From: the human T2T-CHM13v2.0 reference genome, Homo sapiens
NCBI RefSeq assembly: GCF_009914755.1
Contig: NC_060926.1
Strand: one strand, 5' to 3'
Length of the DNA: 64,000 bases
In this document: in pieces, positions 55,451-64,000 of the stretch
How the letters are laid out: the number at the start of each line of letters is the position of its first letter
Position numbering within the stretch: the stretch's first letter is position 1
The notes under the pieces: generated by a model
The model's database searches: none
The model's input: only the letters and a program-made list of their open reading frames with translations
What the model was told of the DNA's origin: nothing
Position numbers and translations under genes: made by a program

Positions 55451-55699
55451 CGCCGCCGGGGACTGGGCGGTGGGAGATGGGGGGGACGGGGAAGGGGGGC
55501 GAGGCAGGCTTTGCGCTCGGTGGCACCGATCCCCGCCCGAAGCGACCGCGGGTGACAAGGAGGAGAAGACGGCGCCGGGTCCGGCAGGGCCTGGCGGGAG
55601 GGGGCAGCCCGGGCGTGGCGGGGGTTGCGGGGGGGTCCTGGAGAAACGCTTCCAGCTAAGGGGCCGCTTGGAACCCTCCGGCCCCCGCGCGGCCCGGGG

Positions 55700-56200
55700 C
55701 CGCAATTTCCGTTTTAATTAAAGCGCTGCCGCCTCGGCCCCCAGGACCCCGCCCCCGCCCCTCTTATCGTCCCATCGCAATAAAGTCTCCAACGCGCCGC
55801 GCCACAGCCAAGCGCACCCGGCAGCCCCCCGCGCCCCGCAGCCGGGGAGACGCGCGGGGGATGGGCCCGGGCCATGTGCCCTGATGGGAGCCTAGAGCGC
55901 GTGTCTTTTCCGCCTCCCTGACTCTCTGCAAACAGTGATGGGGCTGGTGTACCCGGCCCCACCTCGGACCCCAGCAGCCACAGCCCCCTCCCTAGAGCCC
56001 TTCTTCCAGTCGGCTCCCGCTCCACTCGCCGCTCACTCTCCTCCCCCTCCCTCCCTCTATCCCCACCCGGGTTCCCGTCTCCAGGCTGCGTTATCTGCAT
56101 CTTCACTTTTAAATTTCCGCTTCCCTCCCTCTCGCCTGTCGCTGCGCGCCCGGCCCTGCAGCCGTTGCTCCCTTTATCTCTGCCCGCATCCCCGCTCCCT
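55700..56200 (-). promoter_or_regulatory. FEV: FEV CpG-island promoter with paired GATA sites and ETS sites
   Basis: AGATAA (-) at 56091-56096 and 56174-56179; CGGAAAT (-) at 56113-56119 and 55705-55711; GC boxes ~55747-55761. Confidence 0.75.
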
Positions 56201-58140
56201 CCTCCTCTTCTCCCACTCTCTGCTCTTCCCTAGAGACCCGAACCCCTTCCCCGTCTCCTTCTTGCTTTGGCCCGTTTCCTGCCTTTCTGGGGCCCCCAAG
56301 CCTCAGGCCTGGTGCTGGGCCATCTCTCCTGGCAACTTATGATGGGTGGCCCCCTCTTCTGTCCTCCCCGCCCCCTTCTAGGTCTCTCTTTACCTCCTAG
56401 GCTTTTCTCTCCGACTCTCATCTCCCCTCCAGCCTTCTCTCTCCCTCTCATCCTTCTCCCTCCCCTCCTTTTCTCATTCATTCAGTCCCCATAAATTAGT
56501 AGTGGCTTGGACTGCTGAAGGCCTCTAAAGATGTTGAGAATCTGTCCTGGCTTTCCCTGATGGGTTCCTGAGCCCCCTGCTACTTCCCTGTACAACTATT
56601 CTGCTCCCATCCTTCCCCATCCCCTGTCCTCCCAGTCTGCCACCCACCCTCACCACTACTCCCATTCTGGCTATCCCTGAACGAGGCTGGAGAGGTGGAG
56701 GGGTTAAGACAGGGTTGTGCACTGTACAAGGCTGGAATCCACTCCAAGAAAAGGATTCCTATTTCTAACTCATGCAAAGATGTTGATGTGGTTCCCAAGT
56801 GGCCTGGAGTCTCTCTGGGTACCTATGGGGCTTCGTGGCTCTGGAGAGGCAGGCTAAGGAGGATGCTGGCTGAAGATGAGGCTCCAGCCCAGAAGCCCAC
56901 CTTCTGCAGCCTTGCAGTATGGAACGGGTACTGTCAAAACTGGCATTCTCAAAGTCCTCTCTCACTGCTTGAGCCCAGGGGTGGAGGAGGCCTGGGAATG
57001 GGCAGGTCTCCTGCTAAGTGCCTGGTCCTGGGATGCCTGATTGAGGATGGCTGGAAACTCCTACTTCTGGGGTTCTACAGGGCCCATGTTCACCCTCATT
57101 TGCTGCAACTTCTGGAGTGTTCATCTTTGCTCGTGGAGGGTGCAAAGGAGCCAGGGAGAAGAGTGGGAGGCAGAGTGTGGAGGGAAAAAGAGGGATCCCA
57201 GGGCCTGGGAGGATCCTAGTGGGACAGGGATGAAGCCTTCAGGATGTGGACCTGGAATCTGGTGGGAGCAAAGACTAGAGGTTGGAATGTTCCCTGTGGA
57301 CCAAACTCAGGGCTCCACAGAAGGTGAGGGCCTTGAAGTTGGGGTCAAGATCCCAATCCCTCTCCTTCTCATTCCTCTTTCTGCTTCCCCCACCCACTAT
57401 GGACAGAAAACAAGGAGCAGGAGGTAAGAACAGAAAATAGCCAGGGGCAGGAGGTAAGAGCTGGGAAAGCTGGGAGGCATCAAAATTCGCCCACTTAATG
57501 CTCTCAGTGGGAGGCTAAGGTGTAAAGGAGAGGGTCCTAGTGAGGTCTACCCAAATATCCCAGCTGTGAGCTGGGCAAGGATCAACAGTATAGGCTTTAT
57601 CCCTCAGTCTTACCCAGAAGTCATTTGCTGAGGGGGTGGAGCACCAGGAAATGTGTGCATGGGGGGCAGTCATCTCCACCCACCTGAGTCTTGATCTTCT
57701 CCATCCCCTCCTGCTGCAAGTACAGCTAGGGAAGCCAACAGGAGAGTCCTTGGCAGTTTCCCCTTCATCCCCTTCCTACCCTGCTGAGCGCTGGTCCCAT
57801 GTGGTTCTGCAGATGGCCAGCCTGCCCAGAATGAATGGAGGACCAGAAGGTCCAGAGTCACACTTCTAGTTCCTGAAGCCATCTTGCTGATTCTTCCCAG
57901 CAACCACAGATACCCCTGTAGGGAGAGCAGCTCAGTCAAGGGCAGATTCCAGATCTCCCTTTGCTGATTGCCTGCTCCCCAAAGCAAGCAGTGGGGAAGT
58001 GGCCTGCTGGGCTCTGAAGCCAGTTTGCCTGGGTTCTAGTTTCAACTCCTGACTCTCCCATTTCCTGGTTATGTGACTTTGGGGGAAGTAACATAACCTC
58101 TGTACTGTACTTGCATCTCCTCATTTGTAAAGTGGGTATG

Positions 58141-58448
58141 GGCCAGCGCAGTGGCTCATGCCTGTAATCCCAGCACTTTGGGAGGCCAAGGAGGGTGATC
58201 ACCTGAGGTCAGGAGTTCAAGACCAGCCTGGCCAACAAGGTGAAACCCCATCTCTACAAAAATACAAAAATTAGCCTGGCATGATGGCAGGTGCCTGTAA
58301 TCCCAGTTACTCAGGGGCTAAGGTGGAAGAATTGCTTGAACCCAGGAAGTGGAGGTTGCAATGAGCTGAGATCGTGCCAACGCACTCCATCCTGGGCAAC
58401 AGAGTGAGACTCTGTCTCAAAATAAAAATAAAAATAAATAAAAATAAA
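58141..58448 (+). mobile_element. Alu inserted into a MIR (~57990-58550)
   Basis: Alu dimer with TSD aa(g/a)tgggtatg; MIR core on both sides. Confidence 0.9.
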
Positions 58449-59924
58449 ATGGGTATGATAGTACCTGCCATACAGAATGATGAGGTTTATATGAGATAAC
58501 ACATGTGAAGGGCTTAGATCAGATTCTATACATGTAGCTATTGTAAATATTGCCATTCCACAAGGGGATGGGGAGGTGCCCATGACCAGCCAGGAACCCC
58601 AGGTTCCTCTGGGGCCCACAGAAGTTTGGGGCTCTGCTGAGGCCTGTGGCTTTTAGCCACAGCTCAGTTCAGCCTCCACCTAACAGCCTGGATTTAGGGC
58701 CAAGAACTCTGTGTTCAAATCCTGGTTTTGTCACCAATTAAGTGGGTGATGTCATCAAAGTTTCTCCTTGGACCCCCAGTTTGGTAAAATAGATGGAATT
58801 GGAGAGTATTAGGAGGATTGAATGCAACAAGGGCCATGGACTCTAGAGCCCATTCGAGTGTAAAGCAAAATTTATACGCCATCCAAAGCTCACTCCCTTG
58901 GTCCCCTGACCCAACCCTAGGATCCATAGCGGGGAGGTAGGGGAAGGAGGTCCCTACATTGACTACCCCAGTGCTTTTCCATAACACCACAAACATTTGC
59001 AGGGGTTTCTCATGGAATCCTCCCAACAGCCCCTGTGAGACAGGCAGGACAGTGGCCAATAGCCCCAGTTTACAAGGTGAGGGAATTGGGTCCCAGGTGT
59101 TCTGACTTATGGTCCGGAGCTCTTCCCAAAGGAGCAGCTGCCTGACTTTGCACAGCTGAACCTCTGGGGATTTCAGGCCCAAGTCTGACTGCTCCCTGGC
59201 ATTGTCCTGCTCTGCCTGGCCTGGGGCAATAATTAGAGCCACCCTTCCCCACTGATAGGTCCACTGGGGACTTGAAAACACAAGAATCCCTGAAGGACAG
59301 GATGAAGGCAGTCCCAAGAATCTTGAGAGGCTCTGTCTGTGTGGGGGTTGGGGGGCATCACCAACTGGACCGAAGAGGGAACTGGGAAAAAACCCATACT
59401 AGTGCCAGAGGCTCTAATGGCTGCCACCATACTCAGCCCTGCCATGCCTATGGGCACCTGCCACTTGCCCAGAACCCAGGCTTAGCAACTGAGGGGTGAC
59501 TTCTACAGCTCACCAGTTTTCTGAAGGGTAGGGAGGGAAAGGAAGAGTGAAGAGGGGGTGGTATGGAGCAGCTGAGAGGGGGGATATGAAGATGCTTTGT
59601 AAATGCTGGAGTTCAACACCACTGCAAGGGATTGTCATTGTTCAAAGGGTCTGGGGGCTGGGCTCAGAGGGTGGAAGTCTCCCCTTTGAAGGCCCTGGGA
59701 AGCAGTGGGGTTTCCCACTAACTCCCCTCCTGCGAATGGAGGAAATGGGACAACGCAGGAGGCTCAGGCTTCCCTTACTGGGCAGGGAACTGGGTGAAGA
59801 TAAAGGTTGAAAATGCTCTGGGGTTACAGAGGAAGCCCAGAACTTCAGTGCATGGTAAGGAAGTTCTGCCCTGCATGATGGTACCTGGGCCAGGAGATGT
59901 GTGGAAGCTGCAATCCAGCTATGA

Positions 59925-60375
<451 letters not shown>

Positions 60376-60584
60376 AGAATTGCTAAGATTCTTACCAGCA
60401 CTTTGCTGTCAGACCCACCAGAGCCTACCCACACACAACCTCAGCCAGCTTACACTTCGTAGCCAAGGATGCTGGAGCCTGTGGGGAGGGTCAGCTTGGC
60501 AGGGAGGGACCTTCAGAAAGATGAGGATGGAGATCACAAAGCAAGACACCAAGGAGGCAAGAGGGGCAGGAAGATTCAGGAACC

Positions 60585-60590
60585 TTTATT
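60585..60590 (-). terminator. CRYBA2: CRYBA2 poly(A) signal AATAAA
   Basis: tttatt on +, 37 nt downstream of the stop codon. Confidence 0.9.
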
Positions 60591-60626
60591 GAGTGTCCTC
60601 AGGGAAGGTGTCTGGGGCCGTGGAGC

Positions 60627-60774
60627 CTAGTGCTGGACTCTCCGGATGGACTGCAGCTGCCCAGTGTGGGCCTGTGTGCCGAGCTCACCGTAAGTACAGA
60701 ACTCTCCGCTGTGCCGGTCCCGCTCCAACACATACTGGTAGCCTCGGTAGCCTGGGTACTGGTAGGCCACCCAC
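60627..60774 (-). CDS. CRYBA2: CRYBA2 last coding exon (Greek key 4)
   Basis: Acceptor ggcctag|G; [17 protein letters not shown]...[13 protein letters not shown]. Total 161+142+143+148=594 nt = 197 aa + stop. Confidence 0.97.
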
Positions 60775-61226
60775 CTAGGCCAGTGAGGGTACAGAGGCAG
60801 GGAGTAAGCTCTGCCCCCACCCCCACCCTATGTTCTCCACCAGCAGCCCCCCTTTTGTAGCTCCCAACCCCCAGTTCCAAAATCATTGCTTCAACTTTCC
60901 CTCCGTGGCTCTCTCCCTCCCCTGCCCACTGCTTCCAGTCTTTCTGTCACCGTTCTCATCCAGTCTTCTATACCCACCCCTTATTTCCTCCACCCCCTCA
61001 TGTTCTCCAGCCCTTCATCTGTGCCCATATTGCCCGCTGCCCCCCATTCTCCTAGGACCTCCTCATTTCCTCCCTTCCAGTCTGACTCCATCATCTCCCT
61101 CCCCTTGCCTCCAAGTCCCCAATATCTCTCTTAGCGCCCTCCCCACATCACTTTTCTCCACCCTCTTCCTTGGTCCCCATTGCCTCCCTGCTCTTCTGTC
61201 TCCCTGGTTCCAGTTCCAGGACTCAC

Positions 61227-61369
61227 GCTCCGGAGCTGACTTTGAGGGAACCCACATCCTTGCTGGCCCAGCCCATGGAGGGCAGGGATGGGTAGTCATC
61301 AACGAGGTCAAACTTGCAGCCTTGGAAGTTGTCCCCCTCAAACAGTGTCACACGGCTGTCATTGTGGTT
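61227..61369 (-). CDS. CRYBA2: CRYBA2 coding exon 3 (Greek key 3)
   Basis: cctcag|AACCAC... [47 protein letters not shown]; donor GC|gtgagt. Confidence 0.97.
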
Positions 61370-62256
61370 CTGAGGCACAGCAAGATCAGGACAGAAAGAT
61401 CAGGGCTTCCAAAGGGTTAACGGATACATCCTCTGCCTCACTTCCCCCACCCACTGCACCTCACAAGCTGTGAAGCTGTCTAGGACCCACAGGCACTCCC
61501 AGAGCTCACCCCATCAGCTCCCTGGCAGTCTGGGAAATGGATCGCTCAGAGGTTCCCCCGAACCTGGCCCCTCCCATGACTTTGAGATAAGGAGGTGATT
61601 GGGGGATAGGATTTCCAGAGACCCTTTCAGGTCAGGACTAGAGAGCATCTTGTGACATGGGCCCATTTTGCAGGAGCAAAATCAGAGGTCCTTAGAGAAA
61701 TCTGTCCCATTCACCAAGACAGTTCCCTGAGGTCCTCATTGACTAACTACCCAAGCCCTTGCCCAGCCCCTTCGCACAGCCTCTCACAGATTAGTGCCCA
61801 GCTAAGAGGTACTGGGTGGCAGAATCAGAATAGACATGTCAGGGCATCAATACTGATTGCATCTTGGCTCCGGCCTTCCCACTGCAGGGTTCTTCAGCCT
61901 CTTGGAACAGAAGAATTGGGCTGGCCTGGGCTGGGTCCTCTGCTCTCCACTTCCCAGCCCTACTAGTAACCAGGTCGGCACAAATGGAAAATGAGGTCCT
62001 CTCTTTCGGTGTATTTGATTCATTAACAACACCCTCACACACACAATAACACACACACAAACACACTGAGACTGACTCTTTTCAGTGACCCTGGGCAAGC
62101 CACTTTGTCCCTTTGAGCCCCATTTCCACACCTGTGTATGGGGCTAACAGCAGTCAACCCGACCTCACATGGCTGTGTGACGACAGAGGCACTCACTCAC
62201 ACGTGTGGACGATGGAATGTGGGGGAACCCTGGGCACTCAGGACTGGGATGGCCTC

Positions 62257-62277
62257 AGCGCTGTCCGTGGTGATGAT
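62257..62277 (-). promoter_or_regulatory. REST/NRSF RE1-like element in a CRYBA2 intron
   Basis: Minus strand ATCATCACCACGGACAGCGCT, 18/21 to consensus (one core G>T at position 5). Confidence 0.65.
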
Positions 62278-62476
62278 TTCTGGGCTCCGGGCCTACGCCC
62301 ACAATCCCAACTTTCTTGGAGACACCCTTCTGATTCTGAGAAATAATGCTACTACCACCCATCTCGGAGTTTGTTTACACACACCCCATGCAGGGCTTGA
62401 ACAGCCTTTCTAGGTGCCATGGTGAGGCCAGGGCCTGGAGCTAGGAGGCAGGGGAGGAGAAGTGGGCTGTGCTCAC

Positions 62477-62618
62477 CGCGCAGAGCACTGGCCGGAAGGA
62501 CAGCAGCTGGTTGCTGTTGTGGCTGCTGCTGCCACTCCAGGCGCTCCAGCGAGGATAGTCTCCCTTCTCCAGAATGAACTGCTGTCCCTGGAAGTCGGGG
62601 TACTCAAAGGCCACCCAA
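62477..62618 (-). CDS. CRYBA2: CRYBA2 coding exon 2 (Greek key 2)
   Basis: ttttccag|T; [47 protein letters not shown]; donor GCG|gtgagc. Confidence 0.97.
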
Positions 62619-63390
62619 CTGGAAAAGGAGAAGAGCTGGGAGGTATCTGCCCCAGCCGCACCCTCTCTGCCCTCCCCCTTGCCGGCCATGATTGAAAAGA
62701 CTGAGAAGCACAATGTTTTTCTCCAACCCCAAACCCTTCCCCTGACACCCCCATTGTATGGCAATCCAGCCCCTCTCGGAACTAAAGGTCCAAAACCTGC
62801 TGCTTTCTGGGGTTTGAGGCGCCCAGGCTTCCCCCTCAAGGACCCCAGGTTGGGAAAGAGTTTTCCTGGTTATGAAGATCTCCCGACCCAGTGCTCCTGC
62901 CTCAAGGGTTTAGGCCTTTGCATGGGGACACATTGGAGGACCCCTCCCGAATATCACAGCAGAAACTGGGACCTCAGCTGGGGCAGGGGTAGGGGGCGGC
63001 AGGGTGGGAAAAGCTGGGCTCTGGGAGACCAGGGTGGGGCCAGGGAAAGGGATTGGGTTTCTTTTGTTAAGCCAAGTGCAGAGCCTTCTAATTTTGCACA
63101 GAGAAAAACTCTGGGAAGGGTGTAAGTACACTAGAAACCCCTTCACGGTGGGGTCCCATAGGGACCCTCAAGGGGTCGCTTCTCGCCTGTGTCTCTTTAG
63201 CTAGCACAAAAATACACAGTTTCCCATGATTTATCTTGCGATGGGTGGGGAATTTTGGGGAGGCTATGGGGTTTCCCATGTTGGCAGGTCTCTCCAGGGC
63301 TCACAGGACAGGGGGCTGAGGCTCTGAGCCTAGGCCGGTGGAACCCAGCGCCCCTCAACCCAGCCCAGCCGCGGCCAGGCAATCACTCAC

Positions 63391-63551
63391 ACGCCGTTTT
63401 CCACCTTGACCGAGCGCACCCTGGGCAGGCCTCCGCGCTCGCAGACGTTCGCACAGTCGCTTAGCAGCCGACAGCGACGGCCCTGGAAGTCCTCCTCGTC
63501 CCAGAGCGTGAGGCTGGCGGGCGCCGGGCCCGGCGCGGGGGCGCTGCTCAT
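63391..63551 (-). CDS. CRYBA2: CRYBA2 coding exon 1 (beta-A2 crystallin N-arm and Greek key 1)
   Basis: ATG at 63551; MSSAPAPGPAPASLTLWDEEDFQGRRCRLLSDCANVCERGGLPRVRSVKVENG; donor GT|gtgagt; acceptor tccgcag|CGGCATG just upstream. Confidence 0.97.
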
Positions 63552-63749
63552 GCCGCTGCGGACAGGAAGGGTGGCACCACGCGCTCAGCGTCTCAAGAGC
63601 CCCGTTTCGAGCCACACACAGCCTGCCCAACCTGGGTAGCGGATGAAGAACCCGGGGGCTGGACCCGGCCTAGCTCTGGACCCGGCTGCCAGGGGCTCGC
63701 AGTCTTCCCGCGCTCCCCTCCCTTCCCCACCCCAGCAGAGGGCATTCAC

Positions 63750-63890
63750 CGGGTGGGTGAGCGCGGCACGCGAGGGAAATGGACCGGCTGCGAGGCTGCG
63801 CGCGGCCGGGCGGGCCGAGCTTTATACCTGGGCCTTGTCCCCCTGTCCGCACCCTTTCCCTCGGGGGTGGGGTCGCTGAGTCAGCAGGCA
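63750..63890 (-). promoter_or_regulatory. CRYBA2: CRYBA2 promoter: MARE, TATA box and probable short non-coding first exon (~63795-63750)
   Basis: TATAAA (-) at 63821-63826; TGCTGACTCAGCG (-) at 63874-63886 (12/13 T-MARE); candidate donor CCG|gtgaat at 63750. Confidence 0.78.
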
Positions 63891-64000
63891 GGCTGCGGTC
63901 GGCTCTGGTCTCCGCTGGGGAGCCGAGGCCTCTCCCGCAGCCGCCGCTGTGGCCCCAGCCCGCGGGAAAGACAACAGAAAGTGCTGAGGCGCGCACCCCG

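Noticed and set aside
63960-64000. MIR375 hairpin expected near CRYBA2
   Set aside because: Mature sequence not seen; from recall it lies several kb beyond the window end

Overview
Human genomic DNA from the chr2q35 CDK5R2-FEV-CRYBA2 locus, identified from the encoded proteins and the Alu/SVA content. Three protein-coding genes can be rebuilt from the sequence with consistent splice phases. CDK5R2 (p39) is intronless on + (30195-31298, 367 aa). FEV (Pet-1 ETS factor) has 3 coding exons on - (55450->52042, 238 aa). CRYBA2 (beta-A2 crystallin) has 4 coding exons on - (63551->60627, 197 aa). The first 25 kb and 35-50 kb are mostly interspersed repeats: a full-length SVA nested in an MLT2 LTR nested in an L1, more than 30 Alus, L1/L2/MIR/MLT1 fragments, a 5'-truncated KRT8 processed pseudogene inserted into a MIR, and an AT-rich 30-bp minisatellite. 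I found no new protein-coding system; most short ORFs in the track are repeat-derived or GC-rich antisense shadows. The most interesting signal is regulatory: three strong REST/NRSF RE1 sites (CDK5R2 3'UTR, a CpG-rich element downstream of CDK5R2, and a CRYBA2 intron) plus RFX X-box, NEUROD and NKX2 motif clusters between CDK5R2 and FEV. These suggest three unrelated genes share a REST-gated neuroendocrine regulatory domain, which is inference from motifs only. Several retrotransposition oddities are also directly readable. Repeat family and subfamily calls are by eye, and their boundaries are approximate.
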